Assembly (NCBI GenBank): GCA_016748015.1
Contig: JAAOMT010000276.1
Coordinates: 620,001-684,000, forward strand
DNA: 64,000 bases
From: Geosiphon pyriformis uo1
Lineage: Eukaryota; Fungi; Glomeromycota
Reading direction: 5' to 3'
The translations under genes and the position numbers were made by a program. Below are positions 38,359 to 53,874 of the stretch, piece after piece. How positions within the stretch are numbered: position 1 is the first letter of the stretch; every line of letters starts with the position of its first letter. The notes under the pieces were generated by a model. The model saw nothing but the letters and a program-made list of their open reading frames with translations. It was not told the origin of the DNA and searched no databases.

Positions 38359-41300
38359 TTTTTTTTTTTTTTTTATTGGTTTACAAGTGAGGTCCAAATG
38401 CTACCTAACACAATACATCATACAAATGATTTAAACTAGGCACAAATTATGTATTTTCTACACATGACCAGTCACTCAGACTGATCAAGACACTACTACA
38501 CAGCTATGTAAACTGAAACATCATTGCCAATACCAGAAAAAAATGAACATGACCTATAGAAATCAAAGTGAACACCAAAAGCATTAGCAATCCCAAGCAA
38601 CCTAACAACACCAGCAGACAGCTCTGATAACAAACCAGAAATTAAAGCAGGTATTGAACCATCAGATGGAATCAACCTATTCTTTTCCATAAGGGCTTGA
38701 TGTCTAGCGCGGACCGACCATATGCTATCCTTAAAGCTGAGACTGAAAGCACACACAAATTCTACAATCCTCTAACCCATGAGTTTGGGATCATGAAAGG
38801 CAGACACAGCTTCCCAGAACCAATCGTCAAAAACATAATCTTTAAAAAGGGCTGTGAATACAGAGACATCAAAAGTGCAAGACAACAGAAGCTGAGACAC
38901 ACAGAAATCAGCTTCCAGGAAGCTGCATGGGTTTTCAACAACTGACAGCCAGTAGAGAGATCAATTACACAAAAAAAAACATGATTAGAAAATTCAACAT
39001 TACTGCAGAACAAACATAATACACTAGGGTAACATCTAGAGTAAAGTCACTTTTGCACAGTAACAAGCAATCAATGATGTAAGGCCTTCATAAAATACAT
39101 ATGCAAGCCAACAGATGGTTTGCTCATGAAGTCTGTAGCCATATGCAAATCAGGATGCCATACCAAAGAGGACCTCAACCAATCAACATCCAATATCAAA
39201 TCACCTGCCAGAAATTTGGAGCCAAAACCAACTTCTCAATGCGCATGATAAACTAATCTAAAAATATCCCAAACAAAATGTCTAGAATTATCAGAAACAA
39301 GCTCATTACCAGCTAAAAGGCAATGGCCTTTCAAACAGGAAGGAAGGTGCCAATCAGAATTAGAAGCAACAGTAGCAAAGGTATTTGCACAATTATTCCC
39401 CACAACACCCAAGTAATCTTTCACTTTAATTCAATCCACCCTCAAATTTTTACAATGAATAATGTCCACAATATGCTAATGCTTAACCCAACACCAAATG
39501 CAAAAATCCGGAGAAGTTAGACACAGCTCTGATTTGCATGCATCCAAAACAGTCTGACTATCAGAGTATAAGCAAACTGAGCTAAGAGGAGGAACACATT
39601 CCAATGCTAGAGCTATGATCTGTAGCTTCACCAAAGTGAAAGACAACAAGCCAGTAACTTTTATGTCCAAACCCAAACCAATGTCGTTAAAAAAAACAGC
39701 AGTACCAGCTTTCTTCTATATGGTGCCCAAATCTTTTAGAGAACCATCTGTATAGACAGACAGACTACCAGTACTAACACAAGACAACTGATTACAAACC
39801 AACTTAAATTCCTGAGACTTTAGAATATTCAAAAGCTTTCCAACACCCCAAGAAGAGATGGACCAGGAGGAAAAGAAGCCATATTACTAAGAAAAGTAAC
39901 AGAAAGACCAAACCATTCAGGAACTGGACCATGAGGATCCAACTTCTTCTAATGCTTAAAGATTTTCTAATTAAAAACGGCACCATGGGGATCATGAAGC
40001 TGATCCACAAAGACAACATCATACCAATGTAAAAAGGGGAGACACGCACAGAACTTAGCTTTCCCAAGAACTATTGATATAGGGACCTCACCCCAATGAC
40101 AAAATAGACCACCCAAAGATCCATTCAGAGAAAGATTATTTTTTGCCAAAATACAGACTATACCAGCTAAAAAATTATTTAAAGAACTAACATAAACATG
40201 TATTGAAGAACTCAGAAGGTGAATAAGACGCCAACACAAAACTTGTAAGTCATGAGACCTATGAGAGAACATATGATCCAAAGTTCCACCAGAGTTCAGA
40301 AAACTCACAAGCGAGGCTACTTTGCCTTCAGATTGCACCTGTTCAAAAAACTTCAAACCATAAAAAGAAAGGTGGTGAATCAAATCATTTGGGAAGTCAA
40401 GAGGAAAACCAGACTTCAGCTTAAGGCCTTTTCAAACCAAAGTATCCCATTTGTTGCATACATTGAAAGATACAAAGCTAAATTGAGTCTTATAGCTCAC
40501 AATAGGCTGGAGAACAGCCGAAACTAAGTACAAAAATTGTTTATCTGAAATGGTCTTTCTCAGCACAAGATTAGAGAAAAACCAAACATCTGATTGTGCT
40601 TTGGCCAAGCTAGGCTTTGAAAGACCCTCAGTTGAAAGAAAAATGCCCAGGTATCAATAAGATTCCTCTCTTTTCACAATAGCAATAGACAAACCATTGA
40701 TAACCAAAGAAAGACTACCAACTCTGCAATTAATAGAGATGGCAACAGTTTTGTCTGTATTAATAGAAATGTTATTAACCTGAAAAAATTCACTGGCAAT
40801 ATTGAGAATATGCTGAGTAGCACTCTAATTGCTACCAACCCAAATCATATCATCAACAAAAGCTCCAGTAGCAAAGAAGAAAAACAATCCAGCAATGGGT
40901 TCCAAACAACCATTTTTTGAGATGTAATGAGAATTCAATTTGTATCTACACATACTTTCCTGCCTTTTAATCTTGCAAAAAAAAGAATCATAGAATATGT
41001 GCCAGAAAAGTGGCGAGAAAACCTCTCTCTGATCTAAGTCATCATGAACATGATATCTATCAGTCAAGCTGAAGTCAGTCAATATCCTGTTGATGCGGTT
41101 GCAATAAATACTACCAAAAAAATGTATAAATTTGCTACATATTTTAATCTTAATCAAATTTTTCCTAAGATACTCCCAGCCAACAGAATCATATGTCTTT
41201 TGCATGTCCTGTAAAACTAGCCAAAGTTTGCAGTTTTTCTCCAGAGCATCCTCTATTACTGAGCCAACTGCAAAAATAGGTAATTGTATAGAAATACCCT

Positions 41301-44300
41301 TTAAAACAGAAAAGTTGTTACCATGAAGAACATTGAATCTGCTACATGCCAGAAAAATCTTATCAGACAGGATCTTGGAGAGAATCTTACAGGCCATTTC
41401 AATTAGAGCAATAGAATGGGTGTTTGTGAGAACTCTCTCCCATTTGTATGGTTTAGAAATCATCGAAACCCAAGCCTCTTTCCAAAAACTAGGCACAGAT
41501 TCAGTAATTAAACAAGTGTTCAAAAGCTTTAAAAGCATACCTATGATGGATTTGTTACAGTGCTTCCAAAATTTGTTGGGAATACTGGAAAGACCAGCAG
41601 CTTTACCATCAGGCAAATCAAAAACCACACCAAATAATTCATCAAAATCAACCGGCCACATTACATCTGAAAAAACATCATCAAAGACATACTCCAAAGA
41701 CTGGTATTGACAAGACCATTTACTAGAGATATCAAAAACCATCTTGTATCTTCTAGTCCACTCCTCCATAATCATATCCACCTTAGCCTTAACCAATTTA
41801 GACTCCAGAATCAACTTGTCACCAACAACCAAATGGTTTAATTCCACCTTATGGAATGGACGTTCTAAAACACTTCTAATAGTGTGACCTTTATCAGAAG
41901 CAAAGCTCTTTATACACTTATCAATGACAGACCTAATACTTGACTCCTGAGCCCTCAAAGATTTGGTGAGTTTGGAGGCATAATAAGATTTTCACACACC
42001 AAAAAGAGCAGATCTAACACAATCAAAATTTGTGCCAAAGTCCAAAAGAATCTATACTGCCAAGGCTTTGTCAAAGTCCAAAGAAGTCCAATGATTCATT
42101 AAAGATGTAAACCTCACAGAGTCCTGTTTACAAGATGCTTTGATTATTCTTGAAACCAAAATTTCCAATCTGTGAAACCTAGAAGAGCTCTTGGTGAAGA
42201 TGCTATCAAAGCCTTTGAACCATTTTTTTTAAATGAATCATTAGCCAAAAAAACCATCACTTTACAAACAACATCTTACATAGAATCTAGATCAGAAGAA
42301 ACCACAGAAGAAGCAAACTCTTCAGAAAACATAGTAGCATTCGCTGTCATCAACACTTTGAACTCACACTACTTAACATTGTCAACACCTTTAATATCAT
42401 ACTTCCAACAATCCCTATTCACTTGCTTGCAAATAGAATTCAGATGCATATCCAAAAGTCCACTTAAGCCCATATGTACTGAAACAGCTTTATGATCAGA
42501 GTTAAAGTGATCACCAATATCGGCTACACTATGATCAACTACTGCACTAACCAAGTTGTGAGAAATGAATATGTAATCAATAGTCTTAGAAACACCTCAA
42601 GAGTTAGCCCATGTTAGCATTTTAGCAAACAAGCTTTCACCCAAAGAATTAACCAAGCTGAGGTCTGAGTATTTCTTGAAACTGGCACTCTTACATGAAC
42701 CATCCTTATTGAAATTACCACTTAGCACAATGAAGGAGGATTTGTTTACAGCCCTGGCAATTAGCAAATTGATGTCACCAGCCTGAGAAAACTGAACATC
42801 CAAAGAAGCACCAGCATACAGTCCCAAAATTGTAATAGAAAGTTTGTTATTAAAAAGTAATCTAATAGAGAGAAGCTGTCCAGGCACCTCAGAAACCTTA
42901 CAAACGTGCTTTGCCAGAAAGTTGTTCATGACAATTGCCACACCAGAACCCAAGTGACCAGAATTCAGACCAAAAGTAAAAACACAAACGCCATCAAATT
43001 TATTGGTGATCCAAGGACGCACTCTACCTTTTAACTTTGTTTCAGTGAAAATTGAAATCAAATTGTTCATATCTTTGTGCCAACAAATAACGTCATCCTG
43101 CTTGGCAGGATTGTTTATCCCCCTAACATTGCAAGTGGGGTTATTGAAATGGAAGGAAAGCAAAAGAACCTGCATCAGAACACAGACAATTCAACCTTTC
43201 CAAAACTGAACCAATTGAAACCTCAAAAGCTACCATTTTCAATTCCAATTCACCCACTTTGGAAGTCAAAACCTTGGAAAAACATGAACTAAAATCATGG
43301 ACAATATTATCAACAGCTGAGAGAGGAGAAATGGGAGCCAATGTCATATTATCCAAAGCCATGTCTACATCTAAACGCAGTACCAAAAGAGTGAGAGTGG
43401 CTGAAGGAGGAACACTAAAAAGAGTCGCCATTGATACCAGTTCTATGCTGCTTAACTTTTTCAATATACTGGACACCTGATCTGTCAAGAGCTCCAAGGA
43501 GCATTTCAAAGTGTTCAGACAAGCATTCAAAGAAGAGTTGTTAGCTGAGATGAGAGGAGAATCATTGATTGAATCTGAGGCACCAAAAGGGGGAGACTAG
43601 AACTGGAACCATAATTGAAACGAAGACTACCAGAAGAACCAACAAGTGAGACCACTTAAGCCCAAGATTTGCCACCAAAGACAGTAGACCGAGATATCAG
43701 AACACCCTTTTTTTCATACAGCTTTGCCAATTAAAGACAGTGTCCATTAGATGCAGTTCTTTTAAATGATTTTGAAAGCTTAGATGGAAACACAATATTT
43801 GCATCACATTCCAGAGCAGAATGACCAAACTTTCTGCATTTTTTACACCAAACCAGATCCATCCTTGCCCAAAAAAGTTTAATGCTGCCAAGAATTGGCT
43901 CTGTGCGAAAAGCAGATTCCAAATCATTGTCAGATTCAAAACCGACTACAGCACAACAAATCCTATTACCAGTTTTCAGAGATCTGTTTATAATGCAAGT
44001 TTTCTCACCAGCCTTATCCAGAAGAGTCCCAAGATCATGTGCTGTTGTTCTTACCAGCAAAGTAAATAAAAGTGCTCTGAACCAATCTCTTGATGCCCAA
44101 GTCTCACGATCTCCCACTGCTTTGGCTACACACACAGAGTCTTTACCAATCAAGAATGACCACTTAGAAGCTAACAAATTAGCTTGGCTTAAATTAGCAA
44201 ACTTTACCACAGCTTTTTGCCACATTCCAATCAATTGAATTTTGATCAACTTAATTTTCCCAAATTCAGAAACTGCGGTAATAATCATATTTTTAGGCAT

Positions 44301-45153
44301 ATCCATGGGAATTTTTTTGATTACCACAGCCCAATCTGACCTCATTTTTTGTCTTTTAAGATCACTGTTTACAATGATCTTTTTTTCCCTGGCCAATGAT
44401 GCAGTCATTTCCATGCTTTTTTCTGAAGTGAAGGTAGATCAGATGATCCCTTCAAATTTTGAGGAAGTAGTGGCTCCCCCAAAACCATTAACTGATAAAA
44501 AAATTTTTCTGATGTATTGAGTCTTTGCTGTTACAGATTTCTCTTCAATAGCACTAAAATTGATGTTAAGAGCAAAAGACTTTCTGACAGAAACTTCAAT
44601 TTAAGATTTGACAATTTTTGGGTCAACTCATTTTTTTTCAAGAGAGATTTTAAGAGAGGGAGGGAGGGGCACATCATTTTCATCCATTCCATAATCAATT
44701 GAGCCAAAAAAAGAGCCACAAACTAGATTGGAAGTTGCTTTTCTAGCTTTAAGAGTGTTTGTCACTGAGCCAAAGAAAGAACCATTGCCAGCACCAAAAG
44801 AAATATTATCATCTCCACTATTACCAAATATACTGTCCATGTCCGAATACACACCATGACTAGGATTAGGTTTGACCAAAGAAATATCTTTTTTATCTCC
44901 AGAATGCTTAACATTACCAACAGAAATCCTTTTCTTTTGAGAGAAAAAACTTCCAACAGGACCATAAAAAACCTCTATGGGTGCCTTTTTTTTAGACATA
45001 GTACTACCTGAAACAGCAGCCAGGTTTACCACAAAAGGATTATTTAATTGAGAAATGTTTGCAAAAGACAGTAAAAAATAAAAAAAAAAAAAAACTTCTT
45101 TTTCAAAAAATGCTTTTTGGGGTTTTTTGGAAGTAAGAAAGAAAGAAGTTTTT
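38359..45153 (-). mobile_element. full-length LINE copy L1 (ORF1 about 45023-43141; ORF2 about 43130-38496: APE-RT-RNase H-zinc finger)
   Basis: Poly(A) at 38359-38374; ORF1 CKKCRKFGHSALEC knuckle; APE TCNVRG, TETKL, SDH; RT AFVDD; RNase H YTDGS, SDSQ; probable TSD ATATG(G/T)TTTTT; many stops. Confidence 0.95.
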
Positions 45154-46276
45154 ATATGTTTTTTGTTATTAGTTTTATTGGATATATTGTTATTTTTTTT
45201 CTATTAATAATATTGCTATTTTATTATTTACTAATTTAAATAGTATTTTGTTTTGTTTTTTAATATATAAATAATATTAATAATATAAACAAATTTTATT
45301 TTTCTTGATTTTTTTGATTAATCTTAATTAATATTTTATATAATATTTTATTAAACTTTTTGATTAAGTTATTTGTTTATAAATGATATAATAATAATAA
45401 TAATAATCTTTTTATTCTATATTTTTAACTTAATTTTGTTAATTTTTTGTTTACAAAATAGGTTTTTTGATTTAATAGTAGTTTTTTTAAATATTTATAT
45501 TAATATATTAAGTCTTAATACATAAACTTTACTATTAATTTAGCATTACTTTTTTATATAATCCTAGTTTTTGGCTATTTAATAAAATAATTCATAATAA
45601 TAGCAATATATTTGTTGTCTTTAATTGTTATTGCTAATAATCTAATTAAGTCAATTTTAATTTAATCAAATAATTGTCTTATTTTAATTGGTTTTAATAG
45701 TTTACTTGGGTTTATTTTTTATTTTTTTTTGGCATATGTTACAATTTTATATATATTATTAATTAAAAATATAATTTTTTAGTTTTTTTTAGTATTAATT
45801 TCTAATTAAAAAATTCTGCTGTTAAATTTAAATATATATTAAATAATATTGTTTTTTTTGTTTTTTTACTACTTTTATTAAATTATTTGAATTTTGTTGA
45901 TTTTCTTAATAAAATATATTTTGGTAATTAAAATAATATTTGGCTTGTTAATATATTCTATTTTGTTTATTTTGAGATAATTTTTTTTAAACTGTTTAGT
46001 AATAATTTAATATAATAATTATTAATAATTTTTATTGTTTATTTTGTTGTTTTATTGTTTTTAGCTAGACTTAAGTTTTAACTAGTATATAATATATTGT
46101 AAAAAAAATTGAACAAAAATAAATAATTATTGTGTTTTATTTAATATATCAAAAATATAAATTATATATTATTAAAAAGCTAAAAAGCACATAATTTTAT
46201 TAAAAAAAATTTAATATAATATTTTTTCATTTTTATTACAATTATTATCTTACAATAATATTTTATTAATCTTATT

Positions 46277-49200
46277 TTTTTTTATTGCAAATTTAATGAG
46301 TGCAGCCCAACCACTATCTAAATACATAAAATCAAACAAAATTTCAATTTAAATGTGGCTCATGCATTTTCCACATGTAACTGAACACTTGGCCCAATTA
46401 AGGCAGCACTATGCACATACAGGATCTGTCAAAGAAATACTACCCAAGAAACCAAAACCTAGACTAGCAAGACAAGGATACAGGTCAAAACACAATGAAC
46501 ACCCAACCTGAAACTGAACTTGCAGATGATACCAGCACCCATAAGCTCAATAAACCACCAACTGATAGCACAGCAGATCTATCTTGTAGTAAAAGGTTGC
46601 ACTTTTTGTAGAAGGCTCTTAGTTTAGCAGCAAACAGCCAAATATTTGATTTATGACTTTTAGCAATATTACGGACCAATCTGACAATCAAGCTATCACC
46701 AAAAGTCAAACCAAGACACAAGATAACATCTGACACCCAGCTTTTTAGTACAAACCCCTTGGCCAACAACATATAAAGACCATCAGAAGACTTAGCCTTA
46801 CTCAAGGATTGCATTACCCCACTACCTAAAGTGAAATCACCAGCCATCTTATACCACTTTATGCCAATGTTCGACAGTATATCCAGCCTGGCTGTATCAT
46901 CATGCTTATACAAAAACAAGTGATCAGAGTTTTCAATCATTCCATACTTAATGCACACCACGCTAGGATATTTAGGATCATACAATCTTTTTCTCGTGGC
47001 GATTGACAAGTGACAATGTATAAACTTCATTAAGTAAAACCATAAAAAAGCAGAAGATGAGCTGGTATAATCAGAGCAAATTTTACCATTAGGGTGCCAA
47101 ACACTAAAGGACTTGGATAAGTCAATGTTATTAGTAAAATTAACATCTACAATGCTGGTCCCAAATTTGAACTCCCAACTGACAAAATTGACAGCATCAA
47201 ACAATTTTCTAACAAAATAACACACATTCTTAGAAACAGGCTTGTTCTTAACACTAAAGAAGTGACATGGCATGCTTAAAGGCAAAACAGACTTAAACAA
47301 AGTTGTCGCATTCACAAAAAAATCCACACACTTATTCTTGATAACACCTAAATGTTCTTTGACTTTTTTCCATGTGACTGCCAAATTCTTATTTGAAATA
47401 ACATGACAAATATGCTCTTTCTCAATCCAGCATTTGCATTGAAAATTAAGACCACAACTACCTATATCAAATTTGCATATGTCCAATGATGTCTAACTGT
47501 TCGTAAACAAGATAACTGTGCTGGATTCAAAAATACACTCCAATGCTAAAGCAATGACTTGTAACTCCACCAATATAGAGAACAGCAATCTAAAAATTCT
47601 TATACCAATACTAGTGTTGGCTTTTGGAAAATAAGCTGCAGCACCACTACAGGCACCAATAGACCCCAAACCCTTGACAGAACCATCTATGTAAACATTA
47701 ATGGAACCATGTCCAGTGGCAAGCAACTGCTCAGACACAAAACCAGTATCCCAAACAACATTAACAGAAGCAGAACAAAATGCCACAACCATGTTATTGC
47801 TCAAACCACCAAACTTAACAAAATTGGAAACTAACACAAACCAGGCAGGAATTGAACCTCTGAAATCAAGCCTTTTTCACCTATAAAAAGTGTTCCAAGT
47901 AAAACACTCATTATGATGATCTAACAGTTGGTCGGCAAAAACGAGGCCATATCTCCTGAGAGAATTCTTCACAACCAGGTAACCACTCACACCCAACACA
48001 TTCAGAATTGGCACACTAGACCCAGCTCTAAAAACATTAGGGAGAGCACCATTCAAAGAAGTGTTGCACAAAGCAAGAGCAAGTGTAGTACCAGCTAAAA
48101 AACAATTCAAAGAACTAATAAACAACATGACCAGAAAACAGAAAGGGTACTGGGACATCCAGCTGGCCATTTGTAAGTCCATTGCCCTGTGTTCAAAAAA
48201 CCTGCTGAGAGTCCCACCCGCATTGCTAAAATTGACCAAATTGGCCATCAAACTTTCAGTGAGCACTTGTTCAAAAGGCTTCAGGCCATACAACATAAGA
48301 GATGCAATGCTACATTAAGAAAATTCTTAGGCAAATTCACTTTGAGTTTAAGTCCCTTTCTCAATAACTTGTTCTATTTTTTATAAACACTCTTAGATAC
48401 AAAGCTAAATTAAAGTCTGTAGCAGACAATAGGCTGCAGAACAGCAGAAACCAGATATAAAAATTGTTTTTTAGTGATGGCCTTTCTTAGAACTACATTC
48501 GAAAAAAATCTGATGTCAGCATGAGCCTTGGTGAGACTTGGCTTGGACAATCTCTTAGTAGACAAAAAAATTCCCAAATAATGATGAGATTCACCCCTCT
48601 TAGCCATAGAAATCCTTAACCCACTAATGGACAGTTCAGCATCCCAAACACCTTGGTTAATAGGGATGGTAACAGTCTTGTTAGCATTTATTAAGATGTT
48701 ATTAATAGAAAAAAATTCACTAACTATGTTTAAAATGTTCTGCATTGTCATCAAGCAGTTTTCAATCCAGATTGTGTTATCAACAAAGGCACCTGCAACA
48801 AAGAATGAAATACTGTTACTGTTTGGGTTAGCCTTACCAGACTTAGTATAAAACTTCAAACACATTCTGTAGTCATACAACTGTTCATGTTTTTTGACTT
48901 TACATAGCAATGGATTGTAAAAGATTCGCCACAGTAGAGATGAAAACATTTTTCTTTGATCCAGACCATCATGTACAATATAACTATCAAACAGACCAAA
49001 ATCTATCATAATCTGATTGAATCTCCTATTGTATATACCACCAAAAAAACTTATGAAGTGAAGACACATTTTGATCCTGATCAAACTATTGTGCAGATGA
49101 GTCCAACCAACAGAGTCATATGCTTTGTGCATATCTTAAAGAACCAACCACAATTCTCTGTTTTTCTCCAAAGCATTTTCAACAATTAAGCCAACAGCAA

Positions 49201-52200
49201 AAATGAGGGATTGTGTGGAAGTACTCTTTAGCACTGAGAAGTTGTTATCATGCAAGATGTTATACTTACTACAAGCCAAAGATATTCTGTCTGAGAGAAT
49301 TTTAGACAAGATCTTTCATGTAGTCTCAATAAGCACTATTGGTCTAGTGTTGGTGAGAATACCCTCCCAATTGTATGGTTTAGGAATCATGGAAACCCAA
49401 GATTTCCTCTACTGTATAGAAACATTACCAGATTTCAAACACCTATTGAGAATGCTTAGAAGACCATTGAGAGCCAGGGAACCACTATGCTTTCAGAGTT
49501 TATTGAGAATTCCAGAAAGCCCAACAGCCTTACCATCAGACAATTCTTTAACAATCACCAAAAGTTTGTCCAAACTGATATCACACATGACTTTTGAGAA
49601 CACATCATTGTTAACATAGTCTAATGGAGTGTATTGGTCAAGCCACTGACCTGGAAGAACACTAAGGACCAAGTGTTTCTTTGTCCAACTTTTTATTATA
49701 GTATCAACTGAAGACTTGACAGCCTAAGGCTCCAAGATAAGCTCATTATCAACAATCAAATGATTAAGAACCACCTTCCTGAAGGGCCAATCTAGAATGC
49801 TTTTTATTATTCTCCCCTTATCTGAGCAGAAATTTTCTATGCGCTTTGCCACAGCCATTTTGATGGACTCATTTTTGGCAATCCTAGATTCATGATATTT
49901 AGACCTGTGGTATTCTTTCTTAACAACTGAAATGTGACGCACAATATTTTCAATCTTAGTGCCTTTATTAATTATAACCCAAATCTTGGATGCTCTATTA
50001 TCATCTAAGCCCATCCAAGTATCAACAAAGCAGTCAGTTTCCGAACTCAAACCTGTTTTTATACTGTTAACAATCTTGGACATTAACATTTCTAACCCAT
50101 GAAATTTCAAAGAAGTCTTATTTCTTGTGCTATCGAATTTACTAAACCAAAGTCTAGAGAAGATTACATTAGCAAAATCTATCATCACATCTCTGAGAAC
50201 ATTTTACATGCCATCCAAATCACCACTACACTTCACATCATATAACACAACTGATCTCTCTAGAAACTTGGTCGAAAAGCACTTCATAAAACACTCCCAA
50301 TTATCAGTGTTCACATTTTTCAGCTTAAATTTCTAGCAATTCTTATTAGCATTCCTACAAATATCATCCAAACACACATCCAAAAAACCACCCAAGCCCA
50401 CCGATACCAAAACAGCTCTATAATCAGTGTCAAAAAATTCAGTTACAGATTTCACTCTGTGACCGGCCGTAGCTGAGATCAGGCTTTCACTAACAAAAAT
50501 ATGATCAATGACTTTTTTAGCACCTCTCGAATTGCTCCATGTTAACGCATCAGCCAAAGAATGTCCACCAAAAAAATTAACCAAACCCAAACTCAAACAG
50601 AACCCGAAACTTGCATTCCTTATTGACTTGCTCTCATTGAAATCACCACCCAAAACAACAAAACTACTAGAATTGACCACCTGAGCTATGAAAAAATTAA
50701 TACAAGGCACTTGTCTAAACCAGTTTCCAGAAGAAGCACAAACATACAAACCAACAATCAATACTGAAATCTTGTCTTTGAAAAGAAGATGCACCAAAAT
50801 AGCACAATCAGGAATCTCCTCTACTTTAGATACATGTCGAACCAAAAGATTGTCCATAATTATTGCCATCCCAGCTTCAAAGAATCCATTATCTAAGCCA
50901 AATGTGAAAATGCACACTTCATCAAACCTGTTTATAATTTATGGTCTAACATTAAACCTCAATTTCATTTCTGTAATGATAGATATCATATTGTTAGATT
51001 CCTTATGCCAACAAACAACATCTTCTTGCTTAGCAGGGACATTAAGACCCCAAACATTGCATGTAGCAAACTTTCACACTAGCTCTATCATTGAGAAGAG
51101 AGAGCATTAGGAACTAAACCAGTATTGTCAATTTTGGCCGAGAGGCTCATAACTGTGATTGAAAGATTCCTCAAAGTTTTTTCCATTTTAGAGACAACCG
51201 AAGATTCACAAACTGCCACTCCTGCTATAGTCTCACTACCAGTGACCACACCTGAACTCTCACTCATCATTATATCTGCCCCTTAATTCTGTAATGAAGG
51301 AGTTACCAATGGCTGACATTTAGGGCTAGGCTGGGAAACCATTGGCCCAGATGAATCTAATCTTTTAGCTAATCTGTCAATGCATTCTTAAGAGCAGCAA
51401 ACCTATTATTTAGTTTCATAGACACCACCGGAGTAGGTTTCATTTCTGAAGAGGAACCAGAAGAAGCTGAGCCATTGCATACAGAGAGAGGAGAGAATAA
51501 AAACTCACCAACAATATTGGCCCATAAGATACCACCAAAAGAAACAGGACAGAAGATTGGAGCAGAGCATCTAGCATAAATAAAAGCCAGCCTGTTTTTA
51601 TCATCATTCAACAATATTCTGTGAGTAGGCCCACCAGGAGAAGTCTTTCCATTCACAGAGCAATCTAGAGATGTGTAACCCAAATTCTCATACTTAGCAT
51701 ACTTAGCAGAAATCAGATAAGACCAATGCAAATTGGCACCTTTCAAGACAAATGTAGTCTCCATAACAGCATCAATTGAAGCAGCAAAGTTAAAACAAAT
51801 AATAGCACACCTGGTCTGGGCATATGTAATAGGGTGTTAATTGATAACACATGTTTTTCTACTTACAGAACCAATGAAGTCCCAGATATCATGAGCATTT
51901 GTGCCTATTGGCAGTATGTAAAGCAAAGCCTTATGCTGATCTTTTGTATCCCATAATTCCTTGTCTATATTGGCCTTGATCACTTTTATAGTATCTTTCC
52001 CAATCAAGATAGATTATCTAGCTGCGACCAAATCAGCCTAATTTGATTGGGCAAACTCAATCACAGCCTTTTGTCATAGCCCTACTAATTGTATTTTGAT
52101 TGACACAACAGAACCAAATTCAGAAAGTGCAGCATGCACAGCCTCAGCAAATGTTTCAACTGGAATTTTTTTGACCACCACAGCCCAATCTGAACAACTA

Positions 52201-52998
52201 GTAGATTTTTTGAGATCAATGTTTACTAGAATTTTTGCTTTTTCAGCCTTTTTTAAAGCCTGTGCCAAGCTTGATTCGAAAGTAAATAATGCTCTAATAA
52301 TCCCAACAAATTTTGAGGAAGTAAAGACTTCCCCAAAACCATTAATTTTTGAAAATAGCCTCTTGACCACTTGTAGCTTTTTCTGAGAAGATTTCCCAAC
52401 CATCTTGTCCAACCCAATATCTAAAGCAAAGGATTTATAAACAGAAATGTTGACCAGATTTTTGAGAGGTGAGAGAAGTTTCAATGGGACATCCAAGAGA
52501 ATATCATCATCAACATCATTAAATGAAAAATTTATTTTACTCAATGGCTTGCCTAATGCTTTTTTGGTTTTGACCTTTGAACTAGTAAGTGTCTGATTAG
52601 GATCCCTTTCAACAAGAGCACCACCTTCACCATAATCAAAACTGGTTTCCTCCACCAGACATTTCTCCTTCATATTAATACTATCAGACTTGGTGGTGTC
52701 ACCAGTCTCAAACTCCATGAGTGACTATTCTGAATCTTAGAACCAACACCTTTATTACCAGAACCATCTTCCAGAACACCACCTCTCCTTTTTTCCCTCA
52801 GAAGAACAGGCCTAAAACCATTATTAGAACCAGAAACTTTAACAGTCTTCTTCATGACAGCAATACTATAGCCAACAGTGGTCTCATAGTCAAAAATAAA
52901 GAGTTTGAATTTATCATACTAAATTGTAAAAAAACTTCTTTCAAAAAACTTTGACTCTTTTCTTGAAAATTTGGGACATAAGAGAGAAAGAAGTTTTT
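46277..52998 (-). mobile_element. full-length LINE copy L2 (ORF1 about 52860-51088; ORF2 51091-46409)
   Basis: Same domain set as L1; TSD ATCTTATT at 46269-46276 and 52999-53006; poly(A). Confidence 0.95.
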
Positions 52999-53874
52999 AT
53001 CTTATTAATTCAATTAAAATAGATCAAAAAATATTTTGCCACTTTTTTTTATAAACTCTTTTAATTTATTTCAATTTTTGAGCATATAATTCTTCACATT
53101 TTTTTTATAATAGTCTATAAGTTTTTAATAAAATTTAAATTAAGATTATTAAATAACCAAGTTATAATTTTAAATATATTCTCTTAAAAAAAACTTTAAT
53201 TAGATAGTTTATGTGTTTTGAATTATTGTTCTGTTAAAACTACTACTTATTTTTTAATATTTTTTTTATCTTAGATAAATGTTCATAAATAATTTTTACA
53301 TAAAACTTAGCATCTATTATTTAAGTAAAACAAAATAAATTTGCTTTTTTTTTTTATAAAAATTATTTAATGTTATAATTTTTGTTTGATTTTTTGGTAT
53401 AAAATAAATTGGTTATTGGTTTTTATATTAATGTTCTACTGTATTTTGGAATAGACAAAAAGTTAATTTATTTGAAAAACCTGTTTTTTTTAATTATTAT
53501 TGAGATGTTTTTAAGACTATTTTATATAATTTTTTTTGTAAATATTAGTAAATATTGAAGTTGTTAAAAACAAATCTTTTTTATATTCATAATTAATTAT
53601 ATGTTTTTAGATAATACTAAAAAAACATATATTTTTTTTTTTGTTAATTTTATTTTTAAAGTTCTTAAAATTATTGAAAAATTTTAATAGAAATATTGTC
53701 TTAATGTTTGTAATATATTTTTTTTAATTTTTTATGGCTAATTATTTTCATTTTTATACTTTACTATTTCTGTTTTTTAAGTTTTTTAAAAATATTATAA
53801 ATAATAAAATATAATATATTTGTTGTTGTTTTATTTTAATTGTGTTTTATATTTTTTTATTCTAAAAATATAAT

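Noticed and set aside
41132-44520. Numerous 60-140 aa plus-strand ORFs antisense to LINE L1 (likewise over L2 and L3)
   Set aside because: Antisense shadows of LINE ORF1/ORF2; boundaries are not conserved between copies
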